Origin: Chrysomallon squamiferum
Taxonomy: Eukaryota; Animalia; Mollusca
Direction: 5' to 3'
Assembly (NCBI GenBank): GCA_012295275.1
Contig: CM022678.1
Location: forward strand, 19,406,001-19,470,000
Length of the DNA: 64,000 nucleotides
Below the pieces are notes generated by a model. That model saw nothing but the letters and a program-made list of their open reading frames with translations, was not told where the DNA came from and did no database searches. Position numbers and translations under genes: made by a program. This document shows, piece by piece, positions 30,889 to 44,827 of this stretch; position 1 is the stretch's first letter, and every line of letters starts with the position of its first letter.

Positions 30889-31774
30889 AGATTTTGCCTC
30901 GTATATCTGCAAACTTGATTTATTTATTTGTTATTGTTTAATATCATATTTGTTATCGTAATAACATATTTAAATCAAACTTACACGTTCTCGCTGGATG
31001 TTCCTTACTCTCAAACAACAGTCAACAACTGCGATAGCTTTCATTTTTCAGTGTCATATAAATCAGGTATTTACACAGTAAATGTAGATTAACAATCTAT
31101 ATAAGATATGTATGACCTTCTCGCATGACAACAATATAAACACATTAACTACAACAGCTCCTTATCATAGCTTCGAATATTAAAATTAAAAACATTAAAT
31201 TTAAACAAATATATTTTGTGTGAAAATCGAGATCAGTCTGATCGTGAGGCCTTCCTAATTTACTTTTTACTCGATGTCATCTTTATTATTATTATTATTA
31301 TTATTATTTTTAGTTAACATAAAACAATAATAAACAAATAAATAAATGAAATATCACAGGTTTCTAACTGGGCAGGCCTAGCAGCTCCGTACCCTTATTT
31401 ACATTTATGAGCGTACGTGAGGTAAACATAGCGCACTTAGCCTATGTATAACAGCACAGAAAAATAAACGTGTTTGCAAAATTAGATCACGGAGGTTTGA
31501 ATTAAATGTAGCGAGTAAACAGATCCAGAAGATATAAGAAATGTTTATTAGTAGCGGTTTGTTTTTCTTTCTTTCTTTCTTTTTACATTACTTTGAGGAA
31601 CCAAAGCTGTGCAGTGTTTAGCATACTTTCTGCGTCAGAGAATAGAAGCGAAATAACCTGCGTCTACATTTTAAATGTAAAAAATTGAAATACTAAAATA
31701 ATAATAATTATTATAAACAGATTTTTGTCTCATATTTCTGTAACACTTGATTTATTTCTGTAAGTTACAAAAAA

Positions 31775-31814
<40 letters not shown>

Positions 31815-32230
31815 GAAAAAACAAACAAACAAACAAAAACATTGTAATAACAGATTTTAAATCAAACTTACACATTCTCGCTGGACGTTCCTTACTCTCA
31901 AACGAACAGTCCAAAACTTTCTGCTTTGCTGTTTCAATGTCATATAAATCAGGTGTCTACTTTCCTTATTTAAATTCGAAGAGTCAATATAGTAAATGTA
32001 GATAAACAATATATATAAGGTGTGTATGACCTCGTCGAATGACAACAATATAAACACATTCACGACAACACCACCTTATTATGGCTACGTGCTCTTTAGG
32101 TTATCATGCCCGGACAGAGTCCATTTTATTATGAAATTGCTAACACAATATAAAACTGAGTTTTTCGAGATCAGTTTGATCCTGAGGTCTTCCTAATTTT
32201 ATTAACTTAACTTTTATATATATTTTTTAT
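29700..32230. repeat. Modular repeat field 5' of copy B1 (about three ~1-1.2 kb units)
   Basis: aatcaaacttacac.ttctc..tgga.gttccttactctca at ~29790, ~30973 and ~31860, each followed by gagatcagt.tgatc.tgag. Homologous to 9570-10520 and 43050-45880. Confidence 0.85.
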
Positions 32231-32272
32231 GTTCTGTTATTGTTGTTGTTGTTGTTGTTATTGTTGTTGTTG

Positions 32273-32331
<59 letters not shown>

Positions 32332-32611
32332 TAATTTCAACGTCCAGGACAGGTATATTTACGCTATCCAATTCTTACTGCCGTTGGCAATCTTTAGCAT
32401 CCAGTTTTGCAAATGTTTCTCTTATGTGCCAAGCGGAGTTTCGTGCTGTTGCTTCGTTTGCTGCTCTTTATAACAGAGTGTGTTAATAGATTATCCTTGA
32501 ATCACGTGCAAAAGAAAAGAGAAAAAATGTTTAAGCATATTTAGAAACTATTTATGACTTACGTGTGTGTCTCTTTTGTTTCAGTGTGCGCATGCGTTTC
32601 TCAGTATGTCT

Positions 32612-32616
<5 letters not shown>

Positions 32617-32686
<70 letters not shown>
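32617..32686. repeat. (AG)n microsatellite
   Basis: Pure AG run; longer counterpart at 46269-46375. Confidence 0.95.
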
Positions 32687-32690
<4 letters not shown>

Positions 32691-33592
32691 TTTTATGAGG
32701 TTTTGTTTAACGATGACACATGACAATAAAACTAATTTCTATCATGGCTTGGGAAAAATATTCTATGATTATGTTACAGTGTTACAGTCTGTGTGTCTCT
32801 ATATATTGATGTGGCGATCTACATCTAAAATTTATTTATTGTTCATTCATCGCATTAGTACTGCCGATATTTTGATTTGTTCATTTAATTCGTTTTCTTT
32901 TATTTATTTATTTATTTATTTATTTTTATTTTTATTTTTTTTCAGAACCTCCGGTTTTGAAACTTGACTGGATAGTTGTTCCTTAACAAAACACGACACT
33001 GCTAATTTTTATTTATTTCCTTAACAACCATTTTTATTATGATTAGTAGTCGTCGTAGAAATACTGTTAATAGGAACAGTAATGATAGTAGAAAGAGCAG
33101 TAGTAGAGTTTTATTCGTTCATATTGTTTCTATATTTTAAATGTGAAACGAATTTGAAGATGAAAAAGAAATTCAAATTTAAATTAAATTCATTTTCACT
33201 GTATTATTCTTGCTGTCGTTGATGCCAATGATGTAATAGTAATTTTCTGACTTGATGCCGTTCTTGTCGCCATTCTTGTCGTTGATGCTGTCAGTTTTAT
33301 TGTTGTTTTCTATTTCTTCCCGTTTTTATTATTATTATTATTATTACTATTATTATTATTATGAAGCTGAAAAGGTCAAAATTTTGGTGTAAACATTTCA
33401 TCTGATGGCAGTAACACAAAGCTTTTATATAAAAATAAGATTAATTAAAACTTGTTACACTTCCAACTCAAATATACAAAAACATCAAACATTATTCACA
33501 TACAAAGATTTTATTATTAACACAATTGGCTGACCAATAGGCACAATTACAATAAAAAAACAATAAAAGAATAGGATACTCTATATCAGCAT

Positions 33593-33598
33593 TTTATT
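33593..33598 (-). terminator. Polyadenylation signal of copy C1
   Basis: Conserved gAATAAAatgctga context. Confidence 0.55.
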
Positions 33599-34005
33599 CA
33601 AGCATAATTACTTTATATATAGATATAGACAGACATATATAGAAAAACATATATTATATTATATTATATTATATTATATTATATTATAAATAAGCATGAT
33701 ACTTATATTACACTTTAGATTACACAAATTTAATTTCAACCATAAAGTTTTTGAAAAGTATATTAAAATAACTGTAGACCGTCTGTACAACCTGTACACG
33801 TAGATTTAATCTTTAAGCTATATATACTGTAGCATCTGTTTATGGATTTATCTTTTGAAAACAGACCATATTTTCCTACTATCGTTTTACATTCCAAAAA
33901 CTGAAAACTCAGTAAGGAAAAACATTTCCAATCCAACCATTTTCGAGAAGGAATCCTTATATAATTATAATTATAAGCATAATTGTGGTTGTTTATGTGA
34001 TTATA

Positions 34006-34047
<42 letters not shown>

Positions 34048-34132
34048 GTTATTATTATTATTTTGATGAATAAAGTCGAACAATCCATGCAGTTCAATTA
34101 AAATTCTTGTCAAGATCTGTAAAGTATCAAAT

Positions 34133-36260
34133 TTACAAACTGACGTCACCATCAACAAGAAGTGGAAAAGTTTCGAAAAGCCAGTACACAGCACTTTTGT
34201 CGTCTGCATCGTCTGGCGGAGTTTTTCCTGTTTTGAGATCATTCAGTTCCATGACTTGGTGAGTCTCTCCTGATTTCAAGCATACAATCATCATTTTCTC
34301 TTCTTTCTTAGCAGTAGCTATTGCCAAATCAATCACCTGTTTCCAGTGTGAGTTTGGAGGGTCGGAACTAACAACTACGAAAATGCATCGAATAAGAGGC
34401 ATCAGTCGTTTGTAAAAACAGATATCATCCATTCCTTCAAAGGCAAGTTCATCATTCCTCGTGACTTCAAGACCTGTGTAGTGTTTAAGAATCTCCTGAA
34501 TTTTCTTTGACATCTCAGATGTTTTGCAATCGTCTTTGTCATGGAGAATCATGATATCAGCAGCATTTATTTCACCTTCTTTGTTCGTTTTGTAATAGAA
34601 CGCAAAAATCCTTCTGAAACAAGACGTAGCTTTACCCGGTGACTCGCCTCTTGATAGGATATGCTGTGCTGTTTTCAGGTAAACTCGACTGACGAGAAGA
34701 AAAGGAATATAATCAGCTTGTTGCGTACCCATCAACAGAATTATACAGAATCTGGCCTTTTCGTATTCTTGTCGATAAAGATATTTCTCTGTAGTTCCAA
34801 TCCAGTGTTCAGGTCCCTGATACCGGTTTTTAATATTCTCATAAACCGGAAGAGTACGGCCCAATTTACTGATCATAGAGTAAACATCTTTAACTTGCCA
34901 CGGTATATCTACTCCACGTGGACCTTTCGTTTGCTTCAGCAAATCAGTTACTGTTCTGAAATGAGTCCGATATTTATACAGCACTTCTGGCGCAGAAACT
35001 TCTATAGCAAGAGTTCTGTAGTTTATTTCTTCTTTCCTCAGCCGAGCCTGTTCATCTGGAGGAAGTAATGGATTTTTTACCTTTTCAAAACAAATAATAC
35101 CCATTTTCTTCAAAGCAGCAACTTTATTGAACGGATTGGTATCAATTTCTTCTCTTTCTATTATATCCTTTAGAACCTCTTCAGCGTCTTCGTAACATTT
35201 TCTATTCATGTAAGCAGAAGCCAAGTCAAGTATAGCAAGTATAATTTTCGCCGTGTGTTATATCAACGGACTGTTTTAGATACTTAATCGCACGCTGAAA
35301 TGTTCTCGGGTTGCTTTCATTTTCCGCTTTTCTCAGCAGAACTTTTCCCAGGTTTTGAAGACCATGTCCTGTCGGCCGAAGCCTCACTGACTCCTCTACC
35401 AATCTCTGAGCGTCATCCAGTTGCCTTCTGTTTAGGAAATGCTTACCGCAGCTTGCAAGTACAAAAGGGTTCTGCTTATCTAAATCAAGAGCTTTCTGGA
35501 AATATTCCTCGCACGAAAGCAGCGTTGTTTGTTGCTTAAACCTTTCTACCACAATTTCATCATCAAATGGTGTGTTTTTTAATTCAAACCGAGTCGCGAA
35601 TTCCCCGAGCTCAGCAAACGCCATCGCATTAAACGGTTCTAATCCCTTACTGCCGACTTCTTCTAGCACTTTACAGCATCTAACAGCGTATTCAACCATA
35701 TCGATATCAGTATTAAACGAATAGCTTTGAATGGACATAGTTCGTCTAAGTGTTAGACCCTCTCCGAATTTCCATTCGTATTCTTCTGGATATTTCTCGT
35801 TTACTTTTCTGTACAGCTCCACAGACTTTAGAGAAAAGAAGCTGGTGAAATCGAGCGTAGCAATAAGCAAGTTCAGCTTCAGCTACAGCACGCATTTTTT
35901 CAACGTCTCCCTTCAGGTTTTCCAGTTCAATTAATTCCGATTCAGCAGAAGGCTTATCGTGTTTTAACAGAAAACGCACACGGTTTGCACGAGCAACAAT
36001 GTTAGTAGGGTCACGACGACGGACTTCTAAATTTGTCTCGATTGCCTTGTCTTGATCTCCTAGCAAAAACTGCATGAAGGAAATAAAATTGACGTCTCGA
36101 TTTCTTTCCATCAAACTCTGTTTCTCTTCTTCCGGTTCTCGTTGTAACTTTAAAAGTATTTTTTCTCTACGTTGTTTAGTGCAGAGCATGAGATCTGTGA
36201 GATGAAAGGAGTGAGGAAACGATTCCAGTCTATTTTCCAAGGAAATGTCCTCATCCGTAG
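34133..36260 (-). pseudogene. TPR-TIR copy C1, frameshifted as assembled (may be an intact allele with consensus errors)
   Basis: Almost identical to intact C2 but with indels near 35240 and 35830-35852 that split it into three ORFs. No nonsense substitutions seen, and the lesions lie within about 1.6 kb of a contig end. Acceptor AG at 36262-36261. Confidence 0.6.
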
Positions 36261-36855
36261 CTGAAAAATAAAATCTACATAATTGCAGATTTCTGAAAGA
36301 ATAACTTCGGGGGAAAAGTGCCTTTCTAAAGGTAAGATGTTCGAAATTGTTTTCTTTTAAAATTGCAGATTCGTAATCACATAATGCTTCATTTACTGAA
36401 TGTCTCTCTCGCCATCTTTTTTGTATAAATATGTGTGTTTGTCTGCGTATGTCTGTGTTTTTATTCAGATGTCTGAATATAAATATCTGTAAGAGAGAGA
36501 ATAACGCGTTTATGTAAAAAAGTAGAACAGTTTCGCATGAAGCAGTAATGCAACAAAATACAATTGTTTCATTATCATTGTAATTAGTATTTCTCACCAA
36601 TTTTTATCCTTGCAAAATCCGCTTCTAATGACGTTGTGCTGTGCGGTTTCTTCGCAGCCATTATCCTGAAAGAAAGTTATACAATACTTTAGTAATTTCA
36701 TTTTTCCAGTGTATTGAACATCATACATTTATGTCTATGTTCAGGTCACAGAATAATCAACTAAATTGCATGCGTCTAGATTTTAAAATTAATGAAGAAC
36801 AATGAAAATATTCTATAAAAATGTAAATAAAAATTATAACAATAAAAAGAAAGAA

Positions 36856-37055
36856 NNNNNNNNNNNNNNNNNNNNNNNNNNNNNNNNNNNNNNNNNNNNN
36901 NNNNNNNNNNNNNNNNNNNNNNNNNNNNNNNNNNNNNNNNNNNNNNNNNNNNNNNNNNNNNNNNNNNNNNNNNNNNNNNNNNNNNNNNNNNNNNNNNNNN
37001 NNNNNNNNNNNNNNNNNNNNNNNNNNNNNNNNNNNNNNNNNNNNNNNNNNNNNNN
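36856..37055. other. Assembly gap (200 N)
   Basis: Run of exactly 200 N located at the junction of the two duplicated units. Confidence 0.99.
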
Positions 37056-37670
37056 TTGGGCCAGAGAATAAGAAACAAAATCACCAGCTTCAAAAATTTC
37101 AATAAATACAGAACAAAAAAGAAGAGGAAATTTTTGTCTCAGCTTTATATAATAATAATTTTTATTTGTCCATAAAAGTTTTACTGGTTTCAAAAGCCTT
37201 TCCCGTCGATTTACGTGTTTTAATTTGTTTTAACCTAAGCTGAAGTTTAAGTTAATTTGTTGATATTGATGGAAAGTTTAGTATGAACTTGTTTGTTATT
37301 TTTTTTCTTAATTTCCCTTTCATAGATGAGATATTTTAGTGTTAATAAATAATGGCATACAGAGGAAGAAATTTGTTATTACTTTATTATTATTAAATTA
37401 TGGTATAGAAAGGTTTTGCAATTATTACTTTATTATTAATAAAGAATAGTATATAAAAGACGGTTATGTAATTTCTACTTATTATTAGTAAAGAATGGCT
37501 TAGAGAAAGGTTTTTGATAAAAAGTGTAGAGTGTGTTGTTTTTATTTCCTTTTCATGAGCTTGTTCAGTGATGGTAAATTGTAAAAGCTTGGTATGAATT
37601 GTTTTCAAATAAGGTAATATTTTTAAAACAATATTCTTATTTTGAAAGCAATATCAAACTGATGAAGGAT

Positions 37671-37734
<64 letters not shown>

Positions 37735-38867
37735 GTGTTGTTATTTTTTCCTTTCTTTTTCTTCCCAGTGTTCTAACAAATAGAAAAGTAAAACTTAGAC
37801 CATCTAAATTTTGCTAGACTGAAAAACTTATTTCCCGTTGATTTACGAGATCTTGTCTTTTCTTAGCTAAGCTCAATTTCTATTCAACGTCTTGTTTTAC
37901 TTGCTGCTTTTGTATGTGCATTTTACTTCCTTATAATTATAGCCCGTTATCTATCAAAAGACAATTCGTGAATCAGAGGTATATTTTAATGCTATTATTA
38001 TTTTCCACGAAATTTACCTGTTTAGCGATTAAACAAACTGAAACCAGGAATTAGTAATTTTCGTACAATTAGCAAAATAATAATAAAAAACCAAACACAA
38101 AACGTAATTCAATGAACTGGTTTGGTTTGTGTAACTGAATGCAGGATTAATGGACACATTTAGAAACCTGACATCAAATACTTAACTGAAAGCTATATTA
38201 TCTATTTATTTTATATGAACAGTAGCTTTAATTTTCACGAACGTGATTAAACAAAGTGAAAGCACTCATGACTAAGTTTAGTCGAATTAGAAAAATACGA
38301 TAAATATTCCGATCAGCGGAAACATTTAGAAATACGTCCGAGTGATTTCGCTCTTTAGCAATAAAAGTGTAGACGTTCTGCATTTAAACTGAAAAACGAA
38401 ATAAATGAATAAATAAATACTGCGAGTCTTAGTGTTTATTAGATAAAATGCTTAGTGTAAGTGAGGACTTGTTTGATGTGAAGAAAACCGATTGTAACTA
38501 CAAAAATAAAATATCTTCCTCGACTTTTCTTAATCTAATAACCGATTTTTGAATCAGTATGCATGTCATTCAGGCTACATGAGGTAGCTATCCCTCTTTT
38601 CTGCTCCCCTGGTGAAAACTGCATCACGAGTTATGTTATCATTTCTGAAGTACGTGATAGTTGATTTCAAAAGGCTAAATGCCATTTTCTTATTATAGAT
38701 TTTTTTTTCTAGAAATTAAATAAGAAGGAATAAAATAAAGCAGAATTTTGACAGTAATATTTATTTCATTTTAAAACATGATCTGTTCAAAAATGGAATT
38801 GTGTCCCTGATCACAGTAGCATATAAATATCATATTTATATAGCTTTATCACACCAGTTATAATAAC

Positions 38868-38913
<46 letters not shown>

Positions 38914-40018
38914 CAATAATGATAGAAGAATAATAAGACGAAGAAGAAACAGAAGAATCGTACTGATAACAAATGATTATTATTATCATCATCATCATCA
39001 TCATCATTCCTTGTTACTAGTTATCGGATTATCTAAAGTGAATAAAAACTCACTGCGTTATTTAGGATAGACCAGGATAATAAAGTTAAATGTATGGATC
39101 AAGGTTTCTAAAGAGTACTGTGAAACGAACGCATATTCAAACATCTAACAAACACACTATGCATTATATTGATTAACAAATGAAAGTTCTCTTATTCTAT
39201 GACAGACTAATTCACAGCAAGTTTCTGCATGATCTTTTACCTGTGAGATATTTTTATGTTTATATTATAATTATGTGCAAGTATCTCTGACATGTGGAGT
39301 TTCTAATTTTTTATTTATTTTTTATTATTTATTTATTTATTTATTATTATTACTTTTTTCTTTTAGTCTTTTGAAAATAAACAAAAACAACAACAATATA
39401 ACAATAAAAAATTAAAATATATATAGAAAAAATTAAAATTAAAAAAACATCTGTTTTTAATATGTTGTCTTCTTATCATAACAACCAGAACTAAATGTTA
39501 TATAGTCTGTATTTATACTGAAAAACAAACAAAATAAATAAATAAATAAATAATGAATAAATCAGTAAGTAAGATCATCCGGATTGGAAAGTGGACTGGA
39601 TAGTAAATTTAAAAAATCACCATAATCATTTGTTTACTTAATAACCATTATTACCATTAGAAGTAGTAGTAGTAGAAATAGTTACAGCTGCAGTACTGTT
39701 AATAAGAAGAGTAGTGATAGTAGAAATAGCAGTAGCAGTACTAGTATTTTAGTCGTTCATACTGTTTCTATACACCAAATTAGAAACAAATTTATATATG
39801 AAAAAAGTGAAACGTTCAAACTTAAATTTAATTCATTTTCACTCTATTATTTTTCCTGTTGTTCAGGTCAATCATATACTGGTAGTAATTGTCTTACATT
39901 TTATTGTTCTTGTTTCCGTTCTTGTCTTTGTTGGTGTCAATTTAATTGTTGTTGTTTTCTATTTCTTCTTCGTTTTAACTTTATAATTACAATTATTATT
40001 ATTATTATTATTATTATT

Positions 40019-40060
<42 letters not shown>

Positions 40061-40328
40061 ATTATTATTATTATTATTATTACAATAAACACTAAGATGA
40101 AAAGGTCAAAAGGTTAGTGTAGACATTTGACCTGATAACAGTAACTTCACACAAAGCTCTTTATGTAAAAATAGGATTAATTAAAACAGCTTACACTTCC
40201 AACTCTAAATTACAAAATTGTGAAAACTATTCACATACAAAGACTTTATCATTAATACAATTCACTGACCTGGAGCCACAATAACACACAAAACAATAAA
40301 AACAGAAAAGGATACTCTAAATCAGCAT

Positions 40329-40334
40329 TTTATT
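40329..40334 (-). terminator. Polyadenylation signal of copy B2
   Basis: Conserved gAATAAAatgctga context. Confidence 0.5.
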
Positions 40335-40680
40335 CAGGCATAATTAGTTTGTATATAGATATAGACAGACAGATACACAAAAACATATATTATATTATAT
40401 TATATTATATTATATTATATTATATTATATTATATTATATTATTTTCTATTATAGATTCTATATTATATTACAAATAAGCCATGATTCTTATATTACACT
40501 TTAGATTACACAAATTTCATTTCTACTAGTAGTAGTAGTAGTAGTAGTATTCTTGTTTTTCTTGTTGTTCTTGTAGTAGTAGTAGTAGTAATAGTAGTAG
40601 TAGTAGTACTTTGATTAAGAAAGTCGAACAATCCATGCAGTTCAATTCAAATTATTGTTAAGATCAGTAAATGACAACAT

Positions 40681-42828
40681 TTACAAATTCACGTCAGCGT
40701 TAACAAGAAGTGGAAAAATATCCACCAGCCAGTCCACTGCAGCTTTGTCGTCTGCTTCGTCTGGTGGAGTTTTTCCTGTTTTGAAATCATTCAGTTCAGT
40801 GACACGATCAGTCTCTCCTGATTTCAAGCACACAATTATCATCTTCTCTTTTTTTGTAGCAGTTGCTATTGCCAAATCAATGGCCTGTTTCCAGTGTGTG
40901 TTTGGCGTATCCGAATCAACAACTACAACAATGCATCGAATAAGAGGCATCAGTTGTTCGTAAAAATAGATATCATCCATTCCTTCAAAGGCAAGCTCGT
41001 CATTTCTCGTGACTTTGAGACCTGTATAGTCTTCTATAACTTGCTGAATCTTGTTTGAAATGTGTGATGTTTCCCAGTCGTCTTTGTCATGGAGAATCAT
41101 GACATCAGCGCCATTTATTTCATCTTCTTTGTTCGTTTTGTAATAGAACTTAAAAATCCTCCTGAAACATGACCAAGCTTTACCCGGTGACTCGACTGTT
41201 GATAAGATATGCTGTGCTGTTTTCAGGTAAACTCGACTGATTAAAGGAATAACCTTATCAGCTTCTTGGGTGCCCATCATCAGACTTACACAGAGTCTGG
41301 CATTTTCGTATTCTTTTTTATTAAGATATTCTTCTGTAATTCTAACCCAGTCCTCTAATCCTTGTTCTTGGTCTTCAGTCTTCTCATGAATCGGAAGAAA
41401 ATGGGCTAATTCACTAATCATCCAGTAGACCTTTTCAACCTGCCACGGCATTGGTACTTCAGGTAGACCATTCGTTTGCATCATCAAATCAGTTACCAGT
41501 TTAAAATAACTACGATATTTGTAAAGCATTTCAGACGAAGAAGCTTCTATAGCAAGAATTTTGTAGTTTATCATTTCTTTCCTTAGCAAAGCCTTTTCGT
41601 CTGAAAGAAAGACCCCTATTTTTACTTTTTTCAAATCGGATTTTACACAATTCCATAAAGGCAGAAATTTCTTAGAATGGGTATGTATCAGCTTCCGCTC
41701 CTTCTATTACATCTCTTAAGACCGATTCAGCATCTTCAAAGAATTTGTTAGTGATGTAAGCGGAAGCCAAGTCAAGTGCCGCATCAAAATTTGTGCCGTG
41801 TGTGATTTCAACGGCCTGTTGTAAAGTTTCTATCGCACGCTGAAATGTTTCTTGGTCATTTTCCGATTTCGCTTTTTTGAGCAGAACCTTTCCCAGCTGA
41901 TGAAGAGCATTTCCAGTAGGCCGAAGCCTAATTGACTCTTCTAACAAACTCTCAGCTTTATCCAGTTGCTTTGTGTTTAGGAAATGCTTACCGCAGCTAG
42001 CAAGCACAAAGGGGACGTGTTTGCCTAAATCAAGAGCTTTATTAAAATATTCCTCACGCGAAAGCAGCTCAGTTTGTTATTGCACCACTGTTACGAACTC
42101 AGTGTCTTCAAATGGCGTCCATCTAAATTCAAGCCGTTTCGCTAATTCCCCGAGCTCGGCATACGCCATTGCATTCAGTGGTTCTGGTCCCTTACTGCCG
42201 ACTTCTTGTAGCAGTTTACAGCATCTGACAGCGTGTTCAACGACATCCACACCTGACTGAATTGTATAGCTTTGAGCGGACAAAGATCGTCTAAGTGTTA
42301 GACCCTCACCAAATTTCCACTCGTATTCTTCAGTGTACTTCTCATTTAATTTTCTGTACAGCTTCAGAGCCTTTGGATAAGAAGCTGGTGTAAGTTTAGA
42401 GAAGCAATAAGGAAGTTCTGCTTCAGCTACAGCACGCATTCTGTCAAGGTCTCCCTCCAGGTTTTCCAGTTCGATTAATTCTGATTCAGCAGAACGGTCT
42501 TCGTCTTTCTGCAGAAAACGCACACGGTTTGCACGAGGTACAATGTTAGTAGGATCATGAAGACGGACTTCGGAATTTATCTCGATTGCCTTCTCTCGAT
42601 CTCCTAGCAAAAACAGCAGGAAGGAGACAAAATTGTTGGTGCGATTGTAACTTATCTTTTCATTTTCACATTCTTCCATGTCACCCAATTTTTCTTCTTT
42701 CGGTTTTCCTTGAAACTTTTCAAGTAATTTTTCTTTAAGCCGTTTTGAGCAAAACATAAGATCTGTAAGATGAAAGGAGTGAAGAAACGATTCCAGTCTC
42801 TCTTTGAAGGAAATGTCCTCGTGTGTTG
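40681..42828 (-). pseudogene. TPR-TIR copy B2, pseudogene
   Basis: In-frame TAA at 42077-42079 (VVQ*QTELL vs VHKQTGLL in A) and at 41672-41674 (YPF*EISA vs DPFTEITA), plus a frameshift near 41615. Acceptor AG at 42830-42829. Confidence 0.9.
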
Positions 42829-42939
42829 CTGAAAAAATATAAATAATTGGAATTTGCTGAAGGCGAAAAAAACGTCGTCTTCTTCTTATTATTATTATTA
42901 TTATTGTTGTTGTTATTATTATTATTATTGTTGTTGTTG

Positions 42940-42989
<50 letters not shown>

Positions 42990-43742
42990 TTGTATTTCTC
43001 TCGTTTCCAAATGTATAGTTTCAACTAATAATAATAATAATAATAATAATAATACACATTTTGCCTCATATATCTGGACACTTGATTTATTTATTTTTTA
43101 TTAATAACATATTTGTTATCGTAATAAGATATTTAAATCAAACTTACACATTCTCAATGGATGTTCCTTACTCTCATCAGGTAATATATAAATCAGGTGT
43201 CTACTTTCCTCACTGAAATTAGAACAGTCTACCCAGTAAATGTAGATAAACAATCTCTGTAAGCTACTTATGACCTTGTCGCATGAATATAAACAACAGC
43301 TCCTTATTATACTTACCTGCTCTTTAGATTATCATGCCCGGACAGAGTCCATTTTATTATGAAATTGCTAATGCAATATAAAACTGAGTTTTTCGACATC
43401 AGTTTGATCGTGAGATATTCCTAAATTTATTTTTACTTTTGTCTTAATTTTATATATATTTCTCGTTATATTTTATAATTGTTGTTAGTGTTATTGTTGT
43501 TGTTGTTGTTGTTATTATGAATCAATCTCTCTCTCTCTTTTTATTCTTTGAAATCCCGCCTTCAATGACGTTGTTCTATGTGTACTTTCTCTAGACCTAA
43601 CAAAAATGTGTCAGCACTGAATCATTAGTCTTCTTCTTTCTCTTCTTCTTAATTTTCTTCTTCTTCTTCTTCTTCTTCTTCTTATTATTATTATTTTATA
43701 TTCCTCTCGTTTTTCCAGAGGTATGGTTTCAACTAATAATAA

Positions 43743-43773
<31 letters not shown>

Positions 43774-44665
43774 AAGAAGAAGAAAAGGATTTTTTTCAGT
43801 CACATAAAAGAACAATAAACAAATAAACAAATGAAATGTCTCTAGTTTCTAACTACGTATTACATACAGCTCTGTACCCTTCTTTACATTTATAAGGTTA
43901 CGTATAGTAAACATATAGAACTAATCAGGCAATGTATAACAGCATAGAAACTCAAACGTGTTTGTGAAATTAGGTCACTGAGATTTTCAATAAATATAGC
44001 GAGTAAACAGATCCAGAACATATAAGAAATATTTGTTACCAGAATTTTTCCTTTACAAGGCTGTGTAGTGTTTAGCATAGACTCTAGGTGAGACACTATT
44101 CAGCGAAATGACATGCATCTACATTTTATATGTTAATAATTAAAATAATAATAATAACAATAATAATAATGATAATAATAATAATACAAATTTTGCCTCG
44201 TATATCTGCAAACTTGATTTATTTATTTATTATTGTTGATATCATATTTGTTATCGTAATAACATATTTAAATCAAACTTACACGTTCTCACTGGATGTT
44301 CCTTACTCTCAAACAACAGTCAACAACTGCGATAGCTTTCATTTTTCAGTGTCATATAAATCAGGTGTTTACACAGTAAATGTAGATTAACAATCTATAT
44401 AAGGTATAGCATGACAACAATATAAACACATTAACTACAACAGCTCCTTATCATGTCTACGTGCTCTGTAAGCTATCATGCCCGGTCATAGTTCATGTTA
44501 CTATCAAATTACTAATTCTATATTGGGGGTTTTCTGACAGAATTCGATAAGTAGCTTCAAATATTAAAATTAAAAATATTAAATTTAAACAAATATATTT
44601 TGTGTGAAAATCGAGATCAGTCTGATCGTGAGGCCTTCTTCATTTACTTTTTACTTGATGTCATC

Positions 44666-44718
<53 letters not shown>

Positions 44719-44764
44719 CATCATCATTATTATTATTCTTCTTCTTCTTCTTATTCTTCTTCTT

Positions 44765-44827
<63 letters not shown>

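Larger units (their letters stand above)
23710..36855. repeat. Unit 1 of a ~13-kb near-identical tandem duplication (carries B1 and C1)
   Basis: Begins ttgggccagagaataa and ends aataaaaagaaagaa at the gap; collinear with 37056-50544. Confidence 0.95.
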
